From Phycisphaerae bacterium (lineage in GTDB: Bacteria; Planctomycetota; Phycisphaerae; UBA1845; Fen-1342): a stretch of 64,000 nt of DNA. The DNA lies in contig JASFQK010000029.1 of assembly GCA_050115495.1 (NCBI GenBank), forward strand, positions 24,368 to 88,367, written 5' to 3'. Shown here piece by piece: positions 31,341 to 40,142 of the stretch; the stretch's first letter is position 1; the number at the start of each line of letters is the position of its first letter. The notes beneath the pieces are model-generated. The model did not search any database, was not told where the DNA came from, and saw only the letters and a program-made list of their open reading frames with translations. Position numbers and translations under genes: made by a program.

Positions 31341-32333
31341 ATGTTGAGCATGCATACATCATGGACTCGGCCGCTGCTCGTTGCGGTTCTGGCCATCTGG
31401 CCGCAGAGCGTTCTCGAAGCCACTCCGCGTGATCCACATTCGTGCACGCCGGCGCGGCTCGGCGATGTTTCCGCGGCCCCTGGCGAAGTCGCCCTGCCCG
31501 GCGTCTCGGCGCCGGACGAGCAAAACGTACAGCGTGGTTACATCGGTATTGTGTTGCCCCGCCGGGCGCTCGAGGTTACCGCCGAACTTCAACTGCGTCT
31601 CAAAGCTGTCCACGTCGATCTCGGCGACCAGCTTGACCCGAAAGACCCGCACACGCTGATCGCCGAGCTGGACACGGTCATGATCGAGCACGAGCGGAAG
31701 ATCGCCGAAGAATCAGTGAACTTGGCGAGGCTGCAGGCCGGCATTGCGGAGGCAAAGGCGAACGCGGCGCGGGAGTTGCGTAAGATCATTCGAGAGCTCC
31801 GCGATCGCCTCGAAGCCTCCAAATGGGAGGTCTACGAATCCGATCTCCAAGTGGCCATCGCTGAGGCGGAGGTCAGGAGGGCAGAAACCGCGGTTGAACA
31901 ACAGGTGGCCCGCATCCAACAGCTCAACCACGAATTGGCCTGCGGCGCCATACGAGCACCCTCCGAGGAAGACGCCCCACGGTTCTACATCGTGGCCGCG
32001 CGCTACCGGAACCCGGGCGACCTGGTCGGTCCCGGCATCCCCATCGTCCGCCTGATCAGCGAGGAGTCGTTCATCCGTTTCGCCGTCGAACCACCGGATG
32101 CGGCGCAGCTGAAAGAGGGTGACACCGTCCAGGTGGACGTCCCGGACCTGTCCCGGACATTCTCCGCCCGGGTCGAGCGCATCGCCCCAGAGGTGCACGC
32201 CGCCTCCGGCCGGGTTGCCATCGAAGCGGGCTTCGTCGCCCCGGCGTTGCCGGGGGCATCGAAGGCACGTGCCCCGACCACCGTCAAGGCAGGCATGGTC
32301 GTGCGGGTCCACGTGCACTGCGCCCGCCCCTGA
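31341..32333 (+). CDS. Efflux periplasmic adaptor subunit
   Basis: Coiled hairpin between lipoyl half-motifs, ARVERIAPEV, KAGMVVRV. Confidence 0.85.
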   Translation: MLSMHTSWTRPLLVAVLAIWPQSVLEATPRDPHSCTPARLGDVSAAPGEVALPGVSAPDEQNVQRGYIGIVLPRRALEVTAELQLRLKAVHVDLGDQLDPKDPHTLIAELDTVMIEHERKIAEESVNLARLQAGIAEAKANAARELRKIIRELRDRLEASKWEVYESDLQVAIAEAEVRRAETAVEQQVARIQQLNHELACGAIRAPSEEDAPRFYIVAARYRNPGDLVGPGIPIVRLISEESFIRFAVEPPDAAQLKEGDTVQVDVPDLSRTFSARVERIAPEVHAASGRVAIEAGFVAPALPGASKARAPTTVKAGMVVRVHVHCARP

Positions 32334-32435
32334 AGGGCCGCATGCGGACCCGCGAGCGCAAGTCTCCGGCGGCAGATCTCACGCAAGGCAATAGCTCCCG
32401 GCAATCCGCCGCGCCGTCCCGAAAAATGGTCCCGC

Positions 32436-32559
32436 TCAGCCATGTCCTTGATGCTCGAGAGACCGGGTATTCAGCGAATCGCTGCCCCCGTCCCCGCACC
32501 GCACAACGACAGATCGGAGGCTGAGCGATGACGCCCACGCAGGCGCGCGGCCGCGCGTG
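32436..32559 (+). repeat. Diverged direct repeat, copy 2 (5' stub of the 14500 gene)
   Basis: Encodes MTPTQARGRAC then soon stops; identical core at 32523-32549. Confidence 0.85.
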
Positions 32560-32615
32560 TGGGCCGGCCTGAACGGCACTCTCGGTGACATGCTGACCAT
32601 TCGGCGAGGATGTCG

Positions 32616-33863
32616 CTATGAAGCCCCGGGCGGGTCGAACGACACGATTACGGAGGAAGGAAGCACGGGGTACTCCACGCGGCAACGAAAGACGTCGAAC
32701 CGCTCTCCATCCCAGCCGAGCCGCTCGAAGACGTACCGCCCTAGCTCCTCGTATCGCGTGTAATCGGGCGTAGACAGGGCGGACGGCCCCTTGCCCACGT
32801 AGTCGATCGACTCGCGCGGCTCCAGATGCAGGCTCTTATCGCTCAAGTGTGGAGCGGTCACTCCACCCATGTAGTCGGCACAGGTGAATACGCGCGGCGT
32901 GAACTGCCCGCGCATCTCCTCGTGTACGAGCACGTCGAGAAGCAGCGTCTCGCAGGGCACGCGAATCGTGGTGCCCCCCCCGAAGGGCCGCGCCGCGCCA
33001 TCTTCGCCACGACGTATAGCCCCACCAGGAGCCAGATGCCCCTCGAAGCAGGTGATCGCAGCCTTCTTCCCAAGCCCGTCACTCACGAATTCAGCGCAGA
33101 GCACGCCGGGACATGCCTGGACAATCCGATGCTCCGGCAACGGCTGGCTGCAGAACTCTCGCAGCATGGCGATTCCAGTGCCACCGTCCGGCACCGGGTC
33201 GATGGGCTCTCGTCGGATGTCTTTGATCTCGCCATCTGCACCGAATGTGCAGTACTGGGCGAAGAGCAGGGGGCTATCCGGCCGCAGGCGGCGCAGAGAG
33301 ATGAACCCCTTCACGTGCACGTAGTCCATCAGCCGCGTGTCACTCGCCGGACGAAAGATCACGGTACTGATCAGAGCTTTCGCATGCACCCCGAAGATCA
33401 GTCTCTGGCCGCGGAACACCGTCCGCCGTTGCTGCTGGATGATCTGGTCGGCGTCCGCCGTACCCGCCAGCGAACTGATCATGGAGTCGAACGCCGTGCG
33501 GTCGCCCGCGTGGGACTCAACGACCTTCTGGAATTCCTCGCCCGCTTTGGCCGCCGCCTCGATGACCTCGCGCGGGACCCCACACCGGGCGGCGGCCTGG
33601 AGGAAGTGCGTCATGTTGGCCGGCCCCGGGACGTACGGCGCAACGGAAAAAGGGCTGTTCGCAACGATGATCTTGGCCAGCTTCCAGCTCAGCTTCTTGT
33701 CGAGCTTCAATGCCCGCTGAAGCTGGGCCGCCTTGACCAGCGTGCCTCGCGGCGGGACCGCCGCGACGACCGCCGCCAGCGTGCTCCGGATGCGTTGGAG
33801 GACGGTCTCTACGTCCTGGAGAAACGGGCCACCTGCCTCCATGGATGAGCTTTGCCGGGTCAT
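32616..33863 (-). CDS. ~420-aa hypothetical protein, paralog 1, putative regulator
   Basis: HTH-like AAQLQRALKLDKKLSWKL; shared HAGDRTAFDSM and RFDVFRCRVEYP motifs. Confidence 0.85.
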   Translation of the reverse strand: MTRQSSSMEAGGPFLQDVETVLQRIRSTLAAVVAAVPPRGTLVKAAQLQRALKLDKKLSWKLAKIIVANSPFSVAPYVPGPANMTHFLQAAARCGVPREVIEAAAKAGEEFQKVVESHAGDRTAFDSMISSLAGTADADQIIQQQRRTVFRGQRLIFGVHAKALISTVIFRPASDTRLMDYVHVKGFISLRRLRPDSPLLFAQYCTFGADGEIKDIRREPIDPVPDGGTGIAMLREFCSQPLPEHRIVQACPGVLCAEFVSDGLGKKAAITCFEGHLAPGGAIRRGEDGAARPFGGGTTIRVPCETLLLDVLVHEEMRGQFTPRVFTCADYMGGVTAPHLSDKSLHLEPRESIDYVGKGPSALSTPDYTRYEELGRYVFERLGWDGERFDVFRCRVEYPVLPSSVIVSFDPPGAS

Positions 33864-33869
33864 GAGCGC

Positions 33870-33971
33870 AGTCTAGCCCGGCGTCACGGCCCATTGCAAG
33901 GGAGATACGAGAAGTTTCATGAAACTACTCGCGAGGAATCTCTTGACCCTCGGAGCGTCTTTCGGTATGGT
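33870..33971. promoter_or_regulatory. Divergent promoter pair with palindrome, module 1
   Basis: Minus TTGCAA-18-TAGACT; palindrome AGTTTCATGAAACT 33913-33926; plus TTGACC-17-TATGGT. Confidence 0.65.
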
Positions 33972-34114
33972 GACCTCAGTGGCAGCGAGTCCGGTCTCGA
34001 AAGCTGGCTGCCTGAGGAGTGAAGGGGAGAGAAAACGCGGCCAATCGATGTTTCTTCGGCAGCAGTGTTGCTGCCGAAGTCCAGGTGTGGGTTTTGTGAA
34101 TGGAGAGGAGTGCT

Positions 34115-34889
34115 ATGTTCCGTTTTAGTGGGAAGAAGTTCGTGGTCGCGAGCGTGGCCTGTCTGCTGCTTGTTGCCTGCCTGGGAACTCAGGTCGCGAC
34201 TGCTGATTTCGACGTGCAGCTCGCCCCCCGGTACGTCGACTGGGAATGGGCCTCGGACTACCTCGATTGCAGCATGGGATACGGCGAAGACGGCTCACCT
34301 GACGGCCTGTGGGTCGGGGACTTGTCGGAATCGGCGCAGTCGCCCGACGGCTACCTGCAGATGAGTATGTCCGCCTACCAGAGCTCGATGGTCGGGCCGA
34401 CGGCGCTCAGCGTCACCGACGCGACCGCTGCCATCGTGCAAGGCCTGGATCCGTTGATCGGCACGCAGGTCGGCACGACTGCCCACGGTCGGTCGGGCTA
34501 CTACATCAAGTTCACGGTGACGGAAGAGACCCCCCGTTCAGTTCGTGAGCGACTACTACAGCCTGAGTGCAACCGCGTGCGGCACGGCGAGCCTGGCCGT
34601 CGAGCTGAAAGACTTGGCGGCGAGCACGATGCTGTACAGCTACTACGAGTCCGTCACGGACGGTTGCTCGAGCGGAAGCTTCATGAGTGACTTGATCACG
34701 CTCCACACGGGCACGCTGTACTCCATCAGGGTCACGTCCAACGCCGCGTCCACGATCGACATCGTTACCGACAACAAGCCCGTGGAAGCGTACGCCGCTG
34801 GCGCCTACAGCCTGGCCATCGTGCCCGAGCCGACATCGCTGCTGATGCTGGCGCTGGGCGGCCTGCTGGCGGCCGGCAGACGCCGGTAA
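34115..34889 (+). pseudogene. PEP-CTERM protein split by a frameshift in a C6 run
   Basis: Signal peptide in first frame, VPEPTSLLMLALGGLLAAGRRR in second; deleting one C of 34530-34535 joins them. Confidence 0.8.
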
Positions 34890-35162
34890 CACAACGACTC
34901 AGGGATTCCCCCCAAGAGCCGCGCGAATCTCAGGGCGGCGTGTTGAGGCTGAGAGGGAGACCAGCGTCACGAACCCATCGGCGGAACGTGAGCACGTACC
35001 GTTCCCGCCGCGTTCGTGAACACGTTTCTCTCTCAGCCTCCGCGCCTGCCTCAGCCCGTCGAACGCTGTCTCCCCCACATCTGCTCTGAGCCAACCCAAC
35101 AGCAGCAACCCACAGTCTCGCGATCGGCGGCGACGCTCCGCCAGGCGCGGTAGCATGCTCCC

Positions 35163-35441
35163 GTGACGATGTTGTTGGCCGAGATTAGCGACAAGACGCC
35201 CACGATCATTGGTGTGACCGTGGTCGCTTGCCTGATGGCGGCGGCATCCGTCGGTCTCGGCCTGATCCGGCGGTGGTTGATCCTCCTGCCACTCCCGGCC
35301 ATCGCCTTCTACGACTGGGCGGCATGCGACGAGCTCTTCGAGTGCGGCTACAACCTCACCGGCAACGTCACCGGCCGTTGTCCGGAGTGCGGAACGACGG
35401 TGTCGATGAGCAACGAGAGAACAGGCGCGGACTGGGCGTAA
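35163..35441 (+). CDS. Small membrane protein with partial C-terminal zinc ribbon
   Basis: TM segments then ECGYNLTGNVTGRCPECG; lacks canonical first CxxC. Confidence 0.55.
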   Translation: MTMLLAEISDKTPTIIGVTVVACLMAAASVGLGLIRRWLILLPLPAIAFYDWAACDELFECGYNLTGNVTGRCPECGTTVSMSNERTGADWA

Positions 35442-35445
35442 CGGT

Positions 35446-35994
35446 ATGACGAGGTTGCTGCGAATACGGCGTGCGGCGAAGCGGGGCGCTACGGTTGGAC
35501 TGGCCCTGAGCGTCTCCCTGACTGTGCTCAACGCACTGATGCCGGTGAGTTGGGGCAGCCCGTCCGGTCACGTCTGGTGCTGCGCCCAAAACGGGAACGT
35601 GCAGTGTTGGTGGACATGGCCCCAGTACGTCCCGGCGGGCGAGCCTGGATGGTCCTGGGGCGATCAAGAGCGTTACTTCCCACCACCCGGCTTGGCGTCG
35701 AGGTTGCTCGGGACGGCCCCCAGCTTCGGAGGGCTGACCGGTCGCGATTGTTCCGCGCCGCAGTACCGCGTGGGCCGCGCGGGGTATGTATTATCTCTGC
35801 CTCTCTGGTTGCTCCTGGGCGTGACGTTCGCTGCTTCCTTCGCTCTCTGGCGGCTTGACGCTCCTCGGCGCATCCTGCCAGGCCGCTGCCCGAACTGCGG
35901 CTACGACCTCACCGGCAACGTCACCGGCCGCTGTCCGGAGTGCGGCGCCGAGGTACGCGAGGGGACTATCGCCGCTTCAACGCGAAGGGTGTAA
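35446..35994 (+). CDS. Membrane protein with C-terminal zinc ribbon
   Basis: Two TMs, LPLWLL, CPNCGYDLTGNVTGRCPECG. Confidence 0.75.
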   Translation: MTRLLRIRRAAKRGATVGLALSVSLTVLNALMPVSWGSPSGHVWCCAQNGNVQCWWTWPQYVPAGEPGWSWGDQERYFPPPGLASRLLGTAPSFGGLTGRDCSAPQYRVGRAGYVLSLPLWLLLGVTFAASFALWRLDAPRRILPGRCPNCGYDLTGNVTGRCPECGAEVREGTIAASTRRV

Positions 35995-36003
35995 GCTGCG
36001 CCC

Positions 36004-36549
36004 ATGACTCGGCAGCGGAGAGTCTGGCAAGCAGTGTTCGGGAGCAGTGTGCTCCTGGGCCTGCTCCTCGCAGTCGCTGGGTTTGTGGCGATGACCTGGC
36101 GCTGGCCCCTGCTGGGTCCGGTCACGCTCGCTTCGCTCTTGCTCGTCCACTACGTCAGGCTGGCGAGAGTACGGTCCCACATCCGGCGACAACTCCGGAA
36201 CCGGGCCACGATCAGCGAATCTGAGTTCGGGACGGCGTACTTCGCGGGTCAACAGGCCATGATCGCCTCGAAGGTCCGCCGCTGCTTCGAAGAGCAATAC
36301 GTCGGCGATATTGGCCGGGTGCGGCCCGATGACAATCTCTATGCAGACCTGGCTCTCGCGTCCCTGGACGGACTGGACCTGGAAGTGTTCGTCGCCGACC
36401 TGGAGGAGCTGTTCAAGATCAGGATTGCGGACAGGGACGCGGTCAGGTTCCGCACGCTCCGCGACGTGGTCACGTGCGTGTCTGCCAACCTCCAATCGGT
36501 TGCTGCGAGTCGGCCCGGTACACTGAATGGCGCAACCGGCAGCTCGTAG
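36004..36549 (+). CDS. Membrane-anchored acyl-carrier-protein-like protein
   Basis: Two TMs then PDDNLYADLALASLD..DLEELFKIRI..FRTLRDVV. Confidence 0.65.
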   Translation: MTRQRRVWQAVFGSSVLLGLLLAVAGFVAMTWRWPLLGPVTLASLLLVHYVRLARVRSHIRRQLRNRATISESEFGTAYFAGQQAMIASKVRRCFEEQYVGDIGRVRPDDNLYADLALASLDGLDLEVFVADLEELFKIRIADRDAVRFRTLRDVVTCVSANLQSVAASRPGTLNGATGSS

Positions 36550-36572
36550 ACTACCGATTCGGGTGAGCCAGC

Positions 36573-37028
36573 ATGGGTCTCCGCCGACACATCCAGCGCA
36601 TGCCGCCCTTTCAGCGCGTGTGCTTCCTGGCCAGCGCTGTCGCTCTCGCGCTGACCATCGCGCTGCTCGTGTACACTTCCGTCGGCGGCACGCTCAGTTT
36701 CGGGCATGACCCCGCGGTCGGTTGCCCGCGGTTCGGTGTGGGGAACGGCTGCATCGGCATCAGTCTGGGCCTGGCCTGGACCGCCAGCACGCCCCCGCAG
36801 CAGGTCCCCGCCGCACTCGTCATTCCCTTGTCGTGGGTCGTGTTCGCGCTGTCGTTGTCCACGTTCCTGCTCATGATCCCCTTCAGGTTCAGGGGCATCA
36901 CGCCACGAGGGTACTGCCAACACTGCGGCTACAACCTCACCGGCAACGTCACCGGCCGCTGCCCGGAGTGCGGAGCGCCGTTCCCTCACGACGAGCAGAC
37001 CGCCTCCCGGGTCAATACACCGCCGTGA
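36573..37028 (+). CDS. Membrane protein with C-terminal zinc ribbon
   Basis: TMs, IPLSW, CQHCGYNLTGNVTGRCPECG. Confidence 0.75.
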   Translation: MGLRRHIQRMPPFQRVCFLASAVALALTIALLVYTSVGGTLSFGHDPAVGCPRFGVGNGCIGISLGLAWTASTPPQQVPAALVIPLSWVVFALSLSTFLLMIPFRFRGITPRGYCQHCGYNLTGNVTGRCPECGAPFPHDEQTASRVNTPP

Positions 37029-37039
37029 GCGCCCGCTGC

Positions 37040-38305
37040 TCAGCCAGCAGCCTCATCCCCCAACCCACCCGGCGGTTCGGGCAGTTCAAAACGAATCTCG
37101 ACGACGGACGGAATGATCGGGTACTCGATACGGCAGCGGTACGCGTCGAACTGAGTGCGGTCCCAACCCAGGCGATCGAAGATGTACTCCCCCAACTCGA
37201 CGTATTGCGGAAACTCCGCAGCGCGCAGGACCGCCGGCCCCTGCCCGAGACACGTGATGCTCTCATCTAGTGAGAGGCGATCACGTTCGTCGCCGTCAGC
37301 CACGCCGATCAAGTCGGTCAGGTGCTCGCTGAACACGCGTGAGATCGGCTGGAAGTTGTCGTACGTCGCTCTGTGCATCAGCATATCGAAGATGAGCACT
37401 TCGCACGGCAATCGCACGCGAATCCTGTGATCCGCGTGCACGTTGCCGGGTTCGCGGTATCGCGGAATCGCACCGCGGAAGACATGCCCCTCGATGCACG
37501 TCATGGCGGCCTGGTCGCCGATGCCGTCGCAGACAAGCTCGCACTGCATGCGGCCAGGCGCGAACTCAACCGCCGCGATCTCCGGCGTGGGTGAGCTGCA
37601 GAATCGCCGAATCAAGGCCATTCCCTGGTCCGTTTGCCCTTCCGCATCCAGGGGGTGCCTCGTGATGACCGGCCGAACCGAGCCGTCGTCATTCTGAACA
37701 TGCGACTGCGAGACCACCATGCGCGCGTTCCTGCGCAGCGGGCGCAAGTCGATGAAGCCCCCGACACTCGCCACGTCGAAGTACGCGGGATTCTCGGACG
37801 GTTGGATCACCATGCACTTGAGCTGCGTCTTGGCCTGCACGCCGAAGATGTGCCGGTTGGCCCGAAACGCCGCCCGCTTCTGCTGCGCGTGCAGCTTCGC
37901 GGCGTCCTCCCCTGCCGACAGCATGCTGACCATCGAATCGAACGTGGCACGATTGCCGGCGTGCGCCTGCACGAGTTGCTCGAACTCGCTCCCCGCGTCG
38001 GCGAGCGCCTGGACGAGCGGCACCGCCACGCCCTGCCTCTCGACCGTCTTGAGGAACGTCCGCATATTCGCCGGCGTCGGCACGTACGGCCCCGCTTCCA
38101 GCGGCGTCGGCGCCGCAACAACCCGAAGCAGCCGCCAACTTAACATCTTGTCCAGATTCAAGTTACGATGCAGATCGGTTGACCGGGCCGGACGATCGGG
38201 AAGCGCGTCGATCACCGCCGCTATGGCGCTGCGGAGGTGCTGAAGCACACGCGAGCTCTCGCGTTCAAAAGCTCCTCCCTTTGGGGTCTGTGCGACGAGT
38301 GCCAT
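37040..38305 (-). CDS. ~420-aa hypothetical protein, paralog 2, putative regulator
   Basis: STDLHRNLNLDKMLSWRL; HAGNRATFDSM; QFDAYRCRIEYP. Confidence 0.85.
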   Translation of the reverse strand: MALVAQTPKGGAFERESSRVLQHLRSAIAAVIDALPDRPARSTDLHRNLNLDKMLSWRLLRVVAAPTPLEAGPYVPTPANMRTFLKTVERQGVAVPLVQALADAGSEFEQLVQAHAGNRATFDSMVSMLSAGEDAAKLHAQQKRAAFRANRHIFGVQAKTQLKCMVIQPSENPAYFDVASVGGFIDLRPLRRNARMVVSQSHVQNDDGSVRPVITRHPLDAEGQTDQGMALIRRFCSSPTPEIAAVEFAPGRMQCELVCDGIGDQAAMTCIEGHVFRGAIPRYREPGNVHADHRIRVRLPCEVLIFDMLMHRATYDNFQPISRVFSEHLTDLIGVADGDERDRLSLDESITCLGQGPAVLRAAEFPQYVELGEYIFDRLGWDRTQFDAYRCRIEYPIIPSVVEIRFELPEPPGGLGDEAAG

Positions 38306-38314
38306 AGCGTCTCT

Positions 38315-38426
38315 TTTCTACTACACGAGGTCTCAAACTGCAATACCAACTGCATATCCATCTGTAGAGTTCTACCAATATTTCTCCAGATATTCATTGA
38401 CGGAGCCCTCCAGATTCCGCTATGCT
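38315..38426. promoter_or_regulatory. Divergent promoter pair, module 2
   Basis: Minus TTGCAG-17-TAGAAA; AT-rich core with GTAGA-N2-TCTAC and AATATTTCT; plus TTGACG-18-TATGCT. Confidence 0.55.
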
Positions 38427-38707
38427 GGCGTTCGGCAATTGCGGCCGCACACCGGCAGCAAACACCGCCGCCGCTTCGAACGGCGCACGCCACCGGCCGC
38501 AATGGCAGAGAGGTCCGCGTCTCGAACGCACCGGCGACGAGACGGGCGTTAGGTGACTGCCGTACACCACCTTCCGCCGGGGCCATGGAGAAGGAGGCCC
38601 AACACAGGAACGTAGTCAGCACTGAGTTCTCTCGGGACGGTCCCTCGTGGGATTGTCCGTTCAACGCCCTGGAAGCTGTATCTGAGGATGTGTAGGAGGA
38701 TTGGAGA

Positions 38708-39721
38708 ATGCGTCGACATACGATGATCGCGACGATGGCGGCCCTGGTCCTGACAATCGCCTGGCCTGCGCAAGCGAACGTAGTGATCGAAACCGTGCAG
38801 GTGGGCAATGTGGGCAACGTCGGGGAGTTGTCCGGCACGAACGCGGGCGGTGCAGGTCTGGACCGCATCTGCGGCGCCGTGGACTACGTGTACGACATCG
38901 GCAAGTACGAGATCACGACCGGGCAATACACCGAGTTTCTCAACGCAGTGGCGGCCACGGACACGTACGGGTTGTACAACCTGGACATGTGGGGCTACGA
39001 CTCCGGCTGCAAGATCCAGCGCACCGGCCCGTCCGGCAGCTACGCGTACAGCGTTGAGCCCGAGTTCGCCAACCGCCCGGTTAACCTGGTCTCGTGGGGA
39101 GACGCGGCGCGTTTCGCCAACTGGATGCACAACGGCCAGCCGACCGGGGCCCAGGGCCTCAGCACTACCGAAAACGGCTCCTACTTCCTCAACGGCGCGA
39201 CGACACAGGAACAACTGATCGCAGTCGAACGCACGCCGGACGCCACCTGGGTGATCCCCAGCGAAGATGAGTGGTACAAGGCCGCCTATCACAAGAATGA
39301 TGGCGTGACGGGAAACTACTACGATTTCTCCACCGGCAGCAACGACATCCCCAGCAATCTGCTGGCCGACCCCGACCCCGGCAACAACGGCAACTTCTTC
39401 CAGGGTGACCTGACGATCGGATACCCCTACTACCGCACCGAGGTGGGCGAATTCGAGAACAGCGCCAGCCCTTATGGCACGTTCGACATGAGTGGGAACG
39501 TCTGGGAATGGAACGAGGCAATCACGTACAACGCGTACCGCTGCTACCGCGGCGGCTGCTACTGGGACGATCACTTCCTGCTGCAAGCGTCGTATCGAGC
39601 CGACGGAGACCGCCCGGTGCTGGAGTACGACATCATCGGATTCCGTCTCTCCCGTGTCCCTGAGCCCGCTTCATTCGTGATGTTGTGCCTCGCCGGCCTC
39701 GTCGCCACTCGCAGACGATAG
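38708..39721 (+). CDS. FGE-sulfatase/SUMF1-fold PEP-CTERM protein
   Basis: KYEITTGQY, PVNLVSW, PSEDEWYKAA, DMSGNVWEW, GFRL; VPEP-TM-RRR. Confidence 0.92.
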   Translation: MRRHTMIATMAALVLTIAWPAQANVVIETVQVGNVGNVGELSGTNAGGAGLDRICGAVDYVYDIGKYEITTGQYTEFLNAVAATDTYGLYNLDMWGYDSGCKIQRTGPSGSYAYSVEPEFANRPVNLVSWGDAARFANWMHNGQPTGAQGLSTTENGSYFLNGATTQEQLIAVERTPDATWVIPSEDEWYKAAYHKNDGVTGNYYDFSTGSNDIPSNLLADPDPGNNGNFFQGDLTIGYPYYRTEVGEFENSASPYGTFDMSGNVWEWNEAITYNAYRCYRGGCYWDDHFLLQASYRADGDRPVLEYDIIGFRLSRVPEPASFVMLCLAGLVATRRR

Positions 39722-39855
39722 CACCGGACTCCTTCTCTTGCAGGCATCCCAGCGCCGGTCCCGTGCGGGGCGGACGCACCACTTGCGCCGCCCCTCGGGA
39801 CCGTCATCTGCGCAGCGACACCGCCTCCCACCTCTGCTCGGACACGTGGCAGACA
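39717..39855 (+). repeat. Conserved 3' non-coding repeat with stem-loop, copy 1
   Basis: Closely matches 42782-42918; nested CGGTCCC..GGGGCGG/CCGCCCC..GGGACCG stem. Confidence 0.85.
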
Positions 39856-40142
39856 GACCGGACTCGCGTCAACCCGCCGAGACACTACGACGTAACCGTG
39901 ACGAACCGTCGCCGGCAAATGGACGAGGCCGGCGGCGGCGTTCCCGTGCGTGCCAGGGGCCGCGAGCGGCGGATGATCGCTACGGCGCAGATTCAGGGCT
40001 GGCAACGGGGTCCTCACCCGCTGGTTCGTGTGGAGCGGCTGGCTGATGGTGCTGGAACTGGACGGGTTGGATAGCCGGGACACTGAACACCCGATCATCG
40101 TGGCCGGCATTCAATCGGTCTACAAGCGGGCGGCCGTGCCAC

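Noticed and set aside
35343..36974. CRISPR array or integron attC sites
   Set aside because: Repeats are in-frame coding, 550-1030 bp apart, with no cas or integrase gene
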